Assembly: GCA_964420295.1 (NCBI GenBank)
Contig: CAYQST010000004.1
Location: 100,804 to 164,803, forward strand
Origin: an uncultured Chromatiales bacterium
GTDB lineage: Bacteria; Bacteroidota; Ignavibacteria; SZUA-365; CAYQST01
DNA: 64,000 bases
Direction: 5' to 3'
Positions 18,370-28,336 of this stretch are shown here, in pieces; within the stretch, counting starts at the first letter, position 1; every line of letters begins with the position of its first letter. The position numbers and the translations under genes are program-made. The notes beneath the pieces are model-generated. The model was not told where the DNA came from, did not search any database, and saw only the letters and a program-made list of their open reading frames with translations.

Positions 18370-19041
18370 ATGGAATTCACGATCAACCATCAGCCCTCCT
18401 TTTCCACCCTCCGCATCGGCTTTCATCGTGGCGAGACTTTTCGGGCCGAAGCAGGGGCCATGCTCGCGATGACGCCCTCGATCGAACTCGAGGCGAAATC
18501 TGCTGGAAAAGGATTTCTCGGGACGCTCAAAGCCGCCGTAGGCGGAGAGAGTTTCTTCGCATCGCTGTTCACCGCCAAGGACGAAGGCGAAGTGCTTTTA
18601 GCTCCCGCCACGCAGGGCGACATCATCCAACTCGAAATGCGGGGCAACGTCATCCTCTGCGAAGGAGGCGCCTATCTGGCGGGACATCCCGATCTTGAAA
18701 TCAGTACACAGGGCTCCTTCCGCGCCATGATCGCGGGCGAAGGACTCTTCCTTCAAAGGATCACGGGGCAGGGTCCCGTGTTTCTGAGCGCCTATGGGGC
18801 GATCATCAAGAAAACGCTGGGAGAAGGAGAGCGGTACATTGTGGACACCGGTCACATGGTCGCGTTCGACGGCACCATGCATCATCAGATTCGCAAGGTG
18901 TCGCGCGGGCTGTTCTCCACCCTCGCCTCAGGAGAGGGTTTGGTTGTGGAATTTACCGGACCCGGAACCGTGTGGATGCAGACCCGCAATATCAGCGCGT
19001 TTGCCAAACTTCTGGAACGACTCCTTCCCAATCGATCCTAA
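18370..19041 (+). CDS. AIM24/DUF124 (TIGR00266) family protein
   Basis: MEFTINHQPSFSTLRIGF...start at 18370 within longer ORF 18046..19041; family-typical length (~224 aa) and composition. Confidence 0.65.
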   Translation: MEFTINHQPSFSTLRIGFHRGETFRAEAGAMLAMTPSIELEAKSAGKGFLGTLKAAVGGESFFASLFTAKDEGEVLLAPATQGDIIQLEMRGNVILCEGGAYLAGHPDLEISTQGSFRAMIAGEGLFLQRITGQGPVFLSAYGAIIKKTLGEGERYIVDTGHMVAFDGTMHHQIRKVSRGLFSTLASGEGLVVEFTGPGTVWMQTRNISAFAKLLERLLPNRS

Positions 19042-19049
19042 AAATGACA

Positions 19050-19075
19050 AAGGGCCGCCGAAGCGGCCCTTTTCT
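19050..19075. terminator. bidirectional rho-independent terminator between convergent AIM24-like gene and ferredoxin
   Basis: agggccgc-cgaa-gcggccct hairpin followed by TTTT on plus strand and by T-rich run on minus strand. Confidence 0.6.
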
Positions 19076-19093
19076 CTATCCAGGAGAGGCTCG

Positions 19094-19321
19094 TTATTCC
19101 TCGATCACAGCGCCAGTGGGACAGGCTTCCATGCAGGAGGGAGAGTCGGCATAGCCTTCACACTTCGTGCAGATATCCTTCACAATGAAGGTGTAGTCGT
19201 CGGAAAGCGGGGCATGAGTTTCACCGTTCAGGGTATATTCTTCGCCAGACGCGAAGATGGCATTGCTCGGGCACTCGTCGATACACGCGTTGCAGTTGAT
19301 GCATTCGTCCGTGATGTACAT
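19094..19321 (-). CDS. fdx: 2x[4Fe-4S]/7Fe-type ferredoxin
   Basis: MYITDECINCNACIDECP ... CTKCEGYADSPSCMEACP: two Cys clusters; start taken at internal Met of ORF 19094..19519. Confidence 0.8.
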   Translation of the reverse strand: MYITDECINCNACIDECPSNAIFASGEEYTLNGETHAPLSDDYTFIVKDICTKCEGYADSPSCMEACPTGAVIEE

Positions 19322-19528
19322 GACAGACAACCTGTGATAGTGAAGGAATGAGTGAAGCAACCTGCTTCGAGTACCAAAATACACAGAATGTCTGAATTCC
19401 AAAATCGGCGAAACTTTTCCCCATGAAAAAAAGTTCCCACTCCCTGGAAAAAGGTCATGATATGGTAATGCCCCGGTAACACTCCGGTAAAACCGGAAGG
19501 GCATATTGCGTACGCCCACCTCAACGAG

Positions 19529-19600
19529 CGAAAAGAGAGGCGGTCATCAGCATCCCACCTCCCCTCGGCGGCTTCCCCAGCCGCCGCCTCTCTTTTTCGG
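19529..19600 (+). promoter_or_regulatory. structured leader element upstream of 19667 gene: terminator-like hairpin nested in a 15-bp long-range inverted repeat
   Basis: cggcggct-tcccc-agccgccg followed by cctctcttttt; upstream arm cgaaaagagaggcgg is reverse complement of ccgcctctcttttcg that overlaps the hairpin 3' half and U-tract. Confidence 0.3.
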
Positions 19601-19666
19601 CGTGGTCACTTTCCGTACTTTTCTTGGGTTCCAGACCCACCCGTCTCCCTCTCGCCACCGACACGA

Positions 19667-20701
19667 ATGCCGATGCTCTCACCCCGAACCCTGTCGATTC
19701 TGAAGACGACCGCCACTGCTCTCATTGTCGGGTTGTCCATTTATTTCTCCGTGTGGAAAGTGGACTTCGTGGAACTGGGAAAGAGCTTCGAGCGCGTGAA
19801 TTACGGACTCGCCGCTCTGATTTTTCCCTTGACCATCCTTTCGCATTGGATTCGAGCGGTTCGGTGGAAGGTGATGGTGCGAGGGCGGTATCCCACTCTG
19901 GGCCTTGGGCCTCTGTTTGCGGGCGTCATGGTGGGCTATTTCATGAACAACCTGATACCCCGATCCGGGGAGCTGGCCCGGCCCTGGGTCACAAGCCAGG
20001 AAGTGAAGGACGTGCCCTACAGCGGATTGCTGGGTACCATTATCATCGAGCGCTTTCTCGACGTCCTTGCGCTTCTCGCGTTTGTCTTTACGTTGCTTCT
20101 GCTGGACGGAAGTATGTTGAAGGGGTTCGAGGGATATGGACTCAGCATGTCCACCATTCAGAATCTCTTCTATCCTGCCTTTGCGCTGGGGCTGCTGATC
20201 CTCATTATTGCTCCCAGCCAGCTCGGGATGACCCTTGCCCGGTGGGCCGTTCGTCCTGTGCCCGCCCGTGTGGCGGAAAAAATCCTGTCCCTCTTTTCGA
20301 ATCTGCAGGACGGTTTTCGCTCCTTGCGCACCGTGTCACAAATCCTTCAGGCCATTGGGTACACGGTGGTGATGTATCTGCTCTATCTGCTTCCGATGTA
20401 TCTCATGCTGTTTGCCTTTCCCGACGAGATCGCTCCCACCTCGGCCCTTCTCGACGCGGGAAAGATTCTGGCATTGACCTCCCTCGCCTTCGCCGTTGCC
20501 CCCACTCCCGGGGCCTTCGGGGTATTTCATGTGACGGCCCGCGTGGCCGTGATGAACATCAGCGGATTCACCTACGCGAATGCTGTCGCCTATGCCGCCA
20601 TCACGCATTTCGTGAATTATGTCTCCGTGATGATGGTGGGAGGCTGGTATCTGGCGAAGATGAATGGATCGGTGTGGGAGATGGTGCAGAGAAAAAGGTG
20701 A
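19667..20701 (+). CDS. UPF0104/YbhN-like (lysylphosphatidylglycerol synthase TM-region-like) membrane protein
   Basis: 8+ predicted TM helices, family-typical ~340 aa. Confidence 0.6.
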   Translation: MPMLSPRTLSILKTTATALIVGLSIYFSVWKVDFVELGKSFERVNYGLAALIFPLTILSHWIRAVRWKVMVRGRYPTLGLGPLFAGVMVGYFMNNLIPRSGELARPWVTSQEVKDVPYSGLLGTIIIERFLDVLALLAFVFTLLLLDGSMLKGFEGYGLSMSTIQNLFYPAFALGLLILIIAPSQLGMTLARWAVRPVPARVAEKILSLFSNLQDGFRSLRTVSQILQAIGYTVVMYLLYLLPMYLMLFAFPDEIAPTSALLDAGKILALTSLAFAVAPTPGAFGVFHVTARVAVMNISGFTYANAVAYAAITHFVNYVSVMMVGGWYLAKMNGSVWEMVQRKR

Positions 20702-20716
20702 AGGGGAGAGGCGAAG

Positions 20717-21253
20717 CTATCGCCGATTCGGATACTGAGCTGGATTATTCTGAATGTAGCGCCGAAATATTTCAAGGGTGTGGACGTCTTCGATGATGAT
20801 GTCCCAAAACCGTGTCTGCCACAGGGCACACCCGGGACATTTTCGAAGAACATTGATTTTTCGCGCAGAAAATGATTTGAACGCACGCACCACCTCTGAC
20901 AGGGAAACCGGTGCGCACGTATGCGATGGACATGCCGTGACGGATCGTCGTTTGCCGCCCCCGCGTTCATCGCCGCCGCATACGCCGTTGATGCCGAAAA
21001 TCGCATGGACATGGTCTGGCATCACGACATGGCGATCGATCGTAACGGTTGGATAATGATTCGGGATGTCGAGAAGGCAATGTTCGGCGATCTTTCCACA
21101 TTCCGAAAGATGCATCTGTCCCTGGATTACCCGACCAAACACGGGGCGACGCCAATGTGTGACGGTGGTGACGAAATACCATCCTGGGGTGGAATAGTCC
21201 CACCCAGGATACCGCGCGGATTCAACCCGATACCTGTTTTTGTACAAGGTCAT
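20717..21253 (-). CDS. REP-associated tyrosine transposase (IS200/IS605 Y1 HUH family)
   Basis: Hand-checked start MTLYKNRYRV...; GWYFVTTVT, HuH motif PDHVHAIF, WQTRFWDIII...IFRRYIQNNP tyrosine region. Confidence 0.85.
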   Translation of the reverse strand: MTLYKNRYRVESARYPGWDYSTPGWYFVTTVTHWRRPVFGRVIQGQMHLSECGKIAEHCLLDIPNHYPTVTIDRHVVMPDHVHAIFGINGVCGGDERGGGKRRSVTACPSHTCAPVSLSEVVRAFKSFSARKINVLRKCPGCALWQTRFWDIIIEDVHTLEIFRRYIQNNPAQYPNRR

Positions 21254-21423
21254 GATATGCTCCCCTTCGAACAATACAATTGACGATCGCAAAGTGGGAT
21301 GAAATTCCTCCACGATCCAGTCCATTCCTACTCTCCAAAGAAAGTTGCAGACGTCTCGAATTGACTCTTCCCTCCCACCTCTCTAACTTGCCTCGTTGGA
21401 ACGCCATAATACCGGAGGTCCCC

Positions 21424-24400
21424 ATGCGTCGTGCTGCGACACTTTCCTTCCTCTCTCTTTCCGTGACCTGGATCCTGATTCTGTTCGGTATCGCGGGCGG
21501 AGACCTGTATTCCCAGATTGCGACACCGGATCAGGACGCGGTCACCATGCCTCGTGTGGAAAAGGTTCGTGCCCGCTTCGAGTATTTCTGGAATCGTGTC
21601 TCCTATCCTGGTGGCCAGGTGCCCTCAGGCGCGCGGACCCAGGCCTTCTGGCAGTCTCAGAAACTCCCTGCCTTCGCCCCTTCCGTGCGTCATGCGGGGA
21701 TGGATCTGACTTGGGTGAACAAGGGCCCCGACAATATCGGCGGCCGGATTCTCGCCATCGCGGTGAACCCAAAGAATCCCCGCACCATCTTTATCGGCGC
21801 GGCCAATGGGGGCGTGTGGCGGACCTTTGACGAAGGTGCGTCATGGCATTCCGTATCCGATGATTTTCCCACCCAGGCCATGGGCGCCATCGTCATCAAT
21901 CCCGTGGACACCAACATCGTCTATGCGGGAACGGGGGAGGCCAGTTTCGGTCAGCACACCTTCGATGGGGCGGGCCTGATGAAAAGCACGGACGGCGGTA
22001 CGACCTGGTTTCAGATCGGTCAGTCCACCCTGCCCGATTTTGCGCGATTCAGTGACTTCGCAATTAATCCCATCGACCCCAATATCCTCTATGCGGCCCT
22101 GCCCGATGGCATGCGGTCCGATACCCTCGCGGGCATCTGGCGGAGTAAGGATGGAGGACTCACCTGGGCACTCGTACTCACGGGGGTGATGACCGACATC
22201 GTCATCAACCCTATTGACCCGAGCATCCTGTACACCGTCTCGAGCGTGGTGTTTGGAGGAGGTTCGGCGGCGCGCTTCGGCATGTATAAAACCACCGACG
22301 GGGGAGAGAGCTGGTTTCCGGTGGATATGGGACTTCCTTCCACTCAGATGGGAAGAACGAGTCTGGCAATCTGTGCGACACAACCAGATATCCTTTTGGC
22401 AGGCGTGTCGGAGATCACCGGAAATGAACGCACATGGCTGAAGGCCCTGGTGAAATCCACAAATGGCGGAACCACGTGGACTCCCCTGACCGTGCCCTTC
22501 GATTATATGGTCTCTCAGGGTTGGTACGATAACATCGTGGGGATCCATCCCACCAATCCCAGCATTCTCTACGCCGGGGGCGTGAAGCTGATTCGGAGCG
22601 GGGACGGGGGCACGACATGGGAACGGATTCCGGATCAGGGGTTCGGTGGTATCCTCCATGTGGATCAGCATGCCATCGAATTCAATCCCCTCGATCCCGA
22701 TCGCGTGTACATTGGCAATGATGGCGGATTCTACATCGGAACGCAGGAAGGGAAGAACTGGATCAAGAGCGATCTGGGTCTTTCCATTACCCAGTTCATC
22801 GGAGGCGCCATGCATCCCACCGACGAGCGGTTCCTGTTTGGAGGAACCCAGGACAACGGTTCCATGCTCTCGACGGGAGCGCCTCGCTTCGATCCGGTTC
22901 TGTATGGCGACGGAGGCAACGGCGCGGTGAATCCCGCGAAACCGAACGTCCTCTACACCACCCAGGAGAACCTCTCCCTGCATCGGTCCGATGACTTCGG
23001 TCGCACCTGGATCCGTGCCCTTGGCGACATCGCGGTGCAGAGCAGTCTGTTCTACATCTCCTATGCGATGGACGAGAAAAATCCCGAAACCCTGCACCTC
23101 GGCACCTATCGCATGTTCAAGACGACGAATGAAGGACGCAACTGGACCCTCGCCAAGGATTGCCTGTTTCCAACCGGCACCTCCTGCTATTACATCAGCG
23201 CGGTGAGCGTGGCCCCCTACAACAGTAACCTGGTGATGGCGGGCGCAACGGGAGGAATGGTTGCCCTGTCGCAGGATGCCGGCACCACCTGGAACGTGCT
23301 CCCCACGACAGATCTCCCAGCAGCCTACTGCAGCGCGGTGCGGAGTTTTCGCGCCAACGAAATTTATGCGACCTATTCCCGCTACGGGGTGTCGAAGGTG
23401 TGGCATTCCACGGATCTGGGCGTGACCTGGACGGACCGGAACGGGGATCTGCCCGATATTCCGGTCAACGACATTCTCGTGCTGGACAATACGATCCTTC
23501 TCGGTACGGACCTCGGTTGCTTCGCCAGCACCGATCAGGGGACGCACTGGACCCGCTTCGGCAGCGGAATGCCCGCTCTCTCGGTTCAGAAACTGATCTG
23601 GCATTCAGAGACCGGCATCATTCGCGCCATCACGCACGGCCGCGGAATGTATGATCTCGTGTGGAACGCTCCTTCGGCCAAGGCACCAGTGTTCCTGTCT
23701 CAGGCTCCCGCTTCCACGCTCGAACCGGGACAGCCGTTCACCTACGTCCCCGTTGTGTCCGCCCGGCCTGCTCCTCGCTTCCGCCTGCTCGAGGGCCCCT
23801 CCGACGCTACCTGCGATCCCGTGCATGGCATCGTGAGATGGAATGGGAACGCTGCCTCCGCTCGCTTCCGGCTCGAAGCCAGCAATAGCGAAGGGACCGC
23901 CGAGCAGACCTTCACCCTCGGTACTCACGCCGCGCCGACAGGAGCGTGGAAGGTCACCACACAACACTTCCCCGAAGAGGTGCAGTGTCTTTCGAATGTG
24001 GGTCGCAGCATTCTGTGGGTGGGACAGGATTCGGCAAAGGTTTCGATCTCCCAAGATCGCGGTCTCACCTGGTCTCACGTCTCCATTCCCGGCACCCGGG
24101 CAGCGGTATTTACCATCGTGCCCTTCGATGCACGCTTCGCCTATGCCGGAACCCGTGATGGACGGGTGGTGAAGACCGAGGACGGGGGACTGACCTGGAC
24201 GACCCTGTTGTATCGTACGAACAGTGGATTCGGGAATCTCCACTTCTGGTCTCGCACCGAGGGCATTGCCGTCACTGTGGGAGACAAGGATTCCGCTGAT
24301 GTGTTTCTGACGCAGGATGGAGGCGCAACCTGGACGCGGCAATTCCCTCGCCCCTTTGCCCGGGCGCCCATCAACCGCACGATGACCTTCCTCGATCGCG

Positions 24401-25161
24401 ACAACGGATGGTTCGCGTCGTCCAATATCGGGCGCTCTCCAGCGGGAGATGCGTTTGTGCTCCGCACGACCAACGGGGGAAGGAACTGGACTGCGTATTC
24501 GAGCATCACACCCGCCGTTGGTGGCGTGGGATTCCTCTCGAAAACCGCAGGATTCCTGGTGGACAACGTGACGGGAGGAACCCGCCGGACCACCAATGGA
24601 GGCGTGGCCTGGCGCACCACCACCTATCCCATGAATCGTTCCCGTTGCGCGGGCATCTGGGCCGACTCGGCCAGCCGCATCACGGCGGTGGCGACCGACA
24701 GTGCCGTGTGGTTCAGCAGAGATCTCGGCACGACCTGGACGAGAACCGCGCTCGTTCTCAGCGGGTTTGTGCAGGACATGGCCTTTGCCGATTCCACCCT
24801 TGGTTGGGTGATCACGAAGAACGGGGTCTTGCAGGAACTCCTCGCCAATCCCCTGGTGGGCATTGCCGCAGGTCCCGACGCGTTGCCCCGTGAGAACACC
24901 CTCGGCCAGGCCTGGCCGAATCCCTCCACGATTCGGGATGCCTCGATCCTCATTCCGTTCCGCCTCTCCCGTCCCTCGCCTACCCTGCTTCGCGTGTTCA
25001 ACAGCGGGGGCAAGCAGGTGGCCGTGATTGTGGATCGCGATATGCCGGCCGGAGACCACACTGCGGTCTTCGATGCCAGCGCATTGCCTGCTGGCATGTA
25101 CTTCTATACCCTCGATCTGCCGGGCTTCCGCATGACGGGGAGGATGGCGGTGATGCGGTAG
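21424..25161 (+). CDS. large BNR/Asp-box repeat beta-propeller protein with T9SS C-terminal sorting domain
   Basis: Signal peptide MRRAATLSFLSLSVTWILILFG; ~14 S/T-x-D-x-G-x-T-W repeats (STDGGTTW, SKDGGLTW, TTDGGESW...); C-terminus LGQAWPNPS...LRVFNSGGKQVAVIV...LPAGMYFYTL...MAVMR = Por_Secre_tail pattern. Confidence 0.8.
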   Translation: MRRAATLSFLSLSVTWILILFGIAGGDLYSQIATPDQDAVTMPRVEKVRARFEYFWNRVSYPGGQVPSGARTQAFWQSQKLPAFAPSVRHAGMDLTWVNKGPDNIGGRILAIAVNPKNPRTIFIGAANGGVWRTFDEGASWHSVSDDFPTQAMGAIVINPVDTNIVYAGTGEASFGQHTFDGAGLMKSTDGGTTWFQIGQSTLPDFARFSDFAINPIDPNILYAALPDGMRSDTLAGIWRSKDGGLTWALVLTGVMTDIVINPIDPSILYTVSSVVFGGGSAARFGMYKTTDGGESWFPVDMGLPSTQMGRTSLAICATQPDILLAGVSEITGNERTWLKALVKSTNGGTTWTPLTVPFDYMVSQGWYDNIVGIHPTNPSILYAGGVKLIRSGDGGTTWERIPDQGFGGILHVDQHAIEFNPLDPDRVYIGNDGGFYIGTQEGKNWIKSDLGLSITQFIGGAMHPTDERFLFGGTQDNGSMLSTGAPRFDPVLYGDGGNGAVNPAKPNVLYTTQENLSLHRSDDFGRTWIRALGDIAVQSSLFYISYAMDEKNPETLHLGTYRMFKTTNEGRNWTLAKDCLFPTGTSCYYISAVSVAPYNSNLVMAGATGGMVALSQDAGTTWNVLPTTDLPAAYCSAVRSFRANEIYATYSRYGVSKVWHSTDLGVTWTDRNGDLPDIPVNDILVLDNTILLGTDLGCFASTDQGTHWTRFGSGMPALSVQKLIWHSETGIIRAITHGRGMYDLVWNAPSAKAPVFLSQAPASTLEPGQPFTYVPVVSARPAPRFRLLEGPSDATCDPVHGIVRWNGNAASARFRLEASNSEGTAEQTFTLGTHAAPTGAWKVTTQHFPEEVQCLSNVGRSILWVGQDSAKVSISQDRGLTWSHVSIPGTRAAVFTIVPFDARFAYAGTRDGRVVKTEDGGLTWTTLLYRTNSGFGNLHFWSRTEGIAVTVGDKDSADVFLTQDGGATWTRQFPRPFARAPINRTMTFLDRDNGWFASSNIGRSPAGDAFVLRTTNGGRNWTAYSSITPAVGGVGFLSKTAGFLVDNVTGGTRRTTNGGVAWRTTTYPMNRSRCAGIWADSASRITAVATDSAVWFSRDLGTTWTRTALVLSGFVQDMAFADSTLGWVITKNGVLQELLANPLVGIAAGPDALPRENTLGQAWPNPSTIRDASILIPFRLSRPSPTLLRVFNSGGKQVAVIVDRDMPAGDHTAVFDASALPAGMYFYTLDLPGFRMTGRMAVMR

Positions 25162-25370
25162 AGAGGGCCTCGAGCCGGTCCACGAAGTCCCAGATGGTAC
25201 ACCTGTGCTGTGCATCATCGTGTTGCGGTTTGTGACCGTGCCTCCCCACGGGTTCCTTCCGGGACAAGGTCCAACAGCACCTCGGATTCCCTCCCCTGTC
25301 AAGGAGGTAATTTCCGTCTTGTTCATAGCCCTCGTGGTCAATAGCTTGCAGGCACTTTCAAGGTGGAGGT

Positions 25371-25556
25371 GTGATGCGCAAAGTGTATCGCTGCGCATGG
25401 TGCCTGGAGCTCAATGAGCTCCTCGTCGACCTCTCTGCGGGCACGAATCAGATGTACACCGAGGACTGCGAAGTCTGTTGCCGTCCCAACCTCATCCGTG
25501 TCCATATTGACGAGGAAAACCGGCGGGTGGAAGTCACCAGCGAGCAGGAAGGATAG
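25371..25556 (+). CDS. CPXCG-type cysteine-rich zinc-finger protein
   Basis: MRKVYRCAWC....CEVCCRPN; GGAGG SD upstream; small size typical of family. Confidence 0.5.
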   Translation: MMRKVYRCAWCLELNELLVDLSAGTNQMYTEDCEVCCRPNLIRVHIDEENRRVEVTSEQEG

Positions 25557-25695
25557 ACCCAGTCCAGTGGTACGAGAAGTGACCCACCCGTGAGGGGATA
25601 CTGGCTCGGTTCTTGCGAGGCGATACGAAGCGAGTGCGCCGAAGGGGAAGAGTGTGCTTCGCCGAGGCGGGGAATCTGCGTGATCTGAACAGGAA

Positions 25696-26241
25696 TTAGG
25701 TGAGATCGGCGGGCGGAGATTGCCCCTTGGCCGCGAGGACGAGGTCGAGCATCTCGCGCACCGCTCCCTGTCCCCCATTCTGCCGTGAGACACAGTGCAC
25801 CGCGATGCGCACTGAAGGATGGGCATTGCGTGGACAGCTCGCGAACCCGACATGCTTGATGACGGGCAGGTCGAGCACATCGTCGCCCATGTAGCCGATT
25901 TCGTCATCGGTCAGACCGTACAGGGATTTGAAATCCTCGTAGGCAGCGATCTTGTTCAGTGCACCCTGATAGAGATCCACGATATGGAGTTCCCTGGCGC
26001 GAAGGGCGACCACATCGGAGGCGCGGCCCGTGATGATACCGATGCGGATGCCCGCATCCTGGGCAGCGCGGATCCCATGGCCGTCCCGCACGTGGAAGGT
26101 TTTCGATTCGATACCCGAGGCGGAGTAGGTGATGCCTCCGTCGGTCAGGACCCCGTCCACATCGAGCAGGAAGGCACGCAGGCGTTCCAAGCGATGGCGA
26201 TGACGGGAAAGGATGCGATCGGTAAACGAGGGGAAGGTCAT
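25696..26241 (-). CDS. kdsC: 3-deoxy-D-manno-octulosonate 8-phosphate phosphatase (HAD family)
   Basis: FLLDVDGVLTDG (HAD motif I), GIITGR, YMGDDVLD; 4-nt overlap with kdsA. Confidence 0.8.
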   Translation of the reverse strand: MTFPSFTDRILSRHRHRLERLRAFLLDVDGVLTDGGITYSASGIESKTFHVRDGHGIRAAQDAGIRIGIITGRASDVVALRARELHIVDLYQGALNKIAAYEDFKSLYGLTDDEIGYMGDDVLDLPVIKHVGFASCPRNAHPSVRIAVHCVSRQNGGQGAVREMLDLVLAAKGQSPPADLT

Positions 26242-27071
26242 AAAGCACCATCCAGGGTACGACGAACCCGGTCGAGAGCCAGGACGGCATCGAGCAGAAC
26301 GGGAAGGCGATCGAGGGCGAGCTGACTCCCCGCGTCGCTGAGAGCCTGGCTGGGATCGGGGTGAGTTTCGAGAAAGAGCGCGTCGATGCCCACGGCCACG
26401 GCGGCCCTGGTCAGGGCGGGCACGAAGGCGGGACGGCCGCCGGAGACGCCGCCCTGGCTGGGAATCTGCACCGCATGGGTGGCATCCATCACCACGGGAT
26501 ATCCCAGGCCGCGCATGATGACCAGGGAGCGCATGTCCACGACGAGGTCGTGATATCCGAACGTCGTGCCCCGTTCAGTGAGAAGCACCCGGGGATTGCC
26601 GGTGGATTCCACTTTTTCGGCAGCATGGGCCATATCCTCAGGCGCGAGGAACTGTCCCTTCTTGATGTTCACCGCCCGTCCCGTCTCGCCGGCCGCTACC
26701 AAGAGGTCGGTTTGGCGGCAGAGAAAGGCGGGGATTTGGAGCAGATCCGCGACCTCAGACGCAGGGCCGGCCTCTTCGGGAGCATGAATATCGGTAACGA
26801 TGGGAAGGTGGAATTGCGCCTTCACCTCGGCCAGAATGCCCAGCGCTTCGTCGATGCCAAGGGTGGAAAATCCCGTCCTACTGGTGCGGTTGGCCTTTTT
26901 GTAGGAAGATTTGAACACCAGGGGCATCGATCGTTCTTCGCAGACACGAGCCAGCGTTTCCGCCACACGGAAGACAAGATCCCGACTCTCGACAACACAG
27001 GGTCCGGCGAGCAGAACCAGGGGAAGCTCTCCTCCAATCGTCAGAGATCCGACGGGAACGGCACGTGTCAT
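26238..27071 (-). CDS. kdsA: 2-dehydro-3-deoxyphosphooctonate aldolase (KDO8P synthase)
   Basis: [35 protein letters not shown] family signatures. Confidence 0.9.
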   Translation of the reverse strand: MTRAVPVGSLTIGGELPLVLLAGPCVVESRDLVFRVAETLARVCEERSMPLVFKSSYKKANRTSRTGFSTLGIDEALGILAEVKAQFHLPIVTDIHAPEEAGPASEVADLLQIPAFLCRQTDLLVAAGETGRAVNIKKGQFLAPEDMAHAAEKVESTGNPRVLLTERGTTFGYHDLVVDMRSLVIMRGLGYPVVMDATHAVQIPSQGGVSGGRPAFVPALTRAAVAVGIDALFLETHPDPSQALSDAGSQLALDRLPVLLDAVLALDRVRRTLDGAL

Positions 27072-28150
27072 CCTGCCTTGCCCTCGATTTCCTGTTGCAG
27101 TCTTTCCGTACGGTCGGCAATCTTCAGGGCCTCGAACACATCATCGAGATTCCCTTCCATGATGTCCGACAGATTATACAACGTCAGGCCAATGCGATGA
27201 TCGGTCATGCGGTTTTGAGGGAAGTTGTATGTCCGAATCTTGTCCGATCGGTCGCCACTCCCCACCATCGAACGTCGGGCTGCGGTGATTTCGGCCGTCT
27301 GTTCCGAGAGTTTTTTCTCATAGAGTCGGGCCCGGAGCACCTTCATGGCCTTCTGCCGATTCTTGAGCTGGGATCGCTCCTCCTGACACGAGACCACGAT
27401 TCCGGTGGGAATATGCACGAGACGCACGGCGGTTTCCACCTTGTTGACATTTTGCCCGCCCTTTCCTCCGGATCGAAAAATGTCGATGCGAATCTCGGCT
27501 TCGTCGATGTGCACGTCGATGTCCTCGGCCTCGGGCAACACCGCCACGCTTGCCGCTGAGGTGTGGATGCGTCCGCTGGCCTCGGTGGCGGGTACCCGCT
27601 GCACACGGTGCACCCCGCTTTCGAATTTCATCGTGCCGAAGACATCCTGCCCGGAGAGCCCAAAGGTCACCTCCTTCATTCCGCCAATTCCGGACTCGTT
27701 CAGAGAGATCAATTCCTGGATCCAACCCTTCTGTTCAGCATAGCGGGAATACATGCGGTACAAATCGGCAGCGAACAACGCGGCTTCATCCCCTCCCGTG
27801 CCGGCGCGGACCTCAACGATCACGTTCTTGCTGTCGTCTGGGTCTCGAGGGAGGAGAAGAACCTTCAGCTCCTGTTCGGCCCGATCGGCTGCTTCTCGGA
27901 GGTCCTTGAGTTCCTCGCGTGCCATCTGGACAAGTTCAGCGTCTGATTCCTCGTTCAGAATTTCCTCATGCCCCGCGATATCCTGGACAAGGGAGCGATA
28001 GCGAAGAAACTCCTGCACGATGGGTTCGAGTTGACTGCGCTCCTTGGCCAGTCGCATATAGGCGTCGGGATCCGACACGACTTCGGGATCTCCCATGCGG
28101 GCGTTGAGTTCCTCGAAGCGTGTGACGGCGGCATCCAGTTTATCGAACAT
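27068..28150 (-). CDS. prfA: peptide chain release factor 1
   Basis: GGQ motif [18 protein letters not shown]; RF-1 N-terminal and PxT-region context; 4-nt overlap with kdsA. Confidence 0.95.
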   Translation of the reverse strand: MFDKLDAAVTRFEELNARMGDPEVVSDPDAYMRLAKERSQLEPIVQEFLRYRSLVQDIAGHEEILNEESDAELVQMAREELKDLREAADRAEQELKVLLLPRDPDDSKNVIVEVRAGTGGDEAALFAADLYRMYSRYAEQKGWIQELISLNESGIGGMKEVTFGLSGQDVFGTMKFESGVHRVQRVPATEASGRIHTSAASVAVLPEAEDIDVHIDEAEIRIDIFRSGGKGGQNVNKVETAVRLVHIPTGIVVSCQEERSQLKNRQKAMKVLRARLYEKKLSEQTAEITAARRSMVGSGDRSDKIRTYNFPQNRMTDHRIGLTLYNLSDIMEGNLDDVFEALKIADRTERLQQEIEGKAG

Positions 28151-28336
28151 GAGAACCTGAGAAATGACGGACTTTATTCATCTCCCAAATATACGAGGAA
28201 AGGCTGCGGGAAGCGATATAAAACCATGGAAGTGAAGGAGATGGGAGAAACTTTTCACGTCGTGTAACAAAATGTTCTTTCATTTCATCTCATTATTGAG
28301 CAACTTGGAATCCAGTCATTATCTCGAGGATTCTTC

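Noticed and set aside
19624-20796. 390-aa plus-strand ORF overlapping the YbhN-like gene in another frame
   Set aside because: The 19667 frame gives a coherent multi-TM protein; this frame is Arg/Gly-rich with no features.
21841-25398. Two long minus-strand ORFs (587 and 597 aa) opposite the BNR cargo gene
   Set aside because: No motifs and biased R/G/H composition. The plus-strand frame has a signal peptide, 14 Asp-box repeats and a T9SS CTD.
25557-25695. Possible structured RNA between the CPXCG gene and kdsC (gcgaagc...gcttcgc inverted repeat)
   Set aside because: Stem is short with a large irregular loop; no T-tract or conserved-looking motif. Insufficient evidence.
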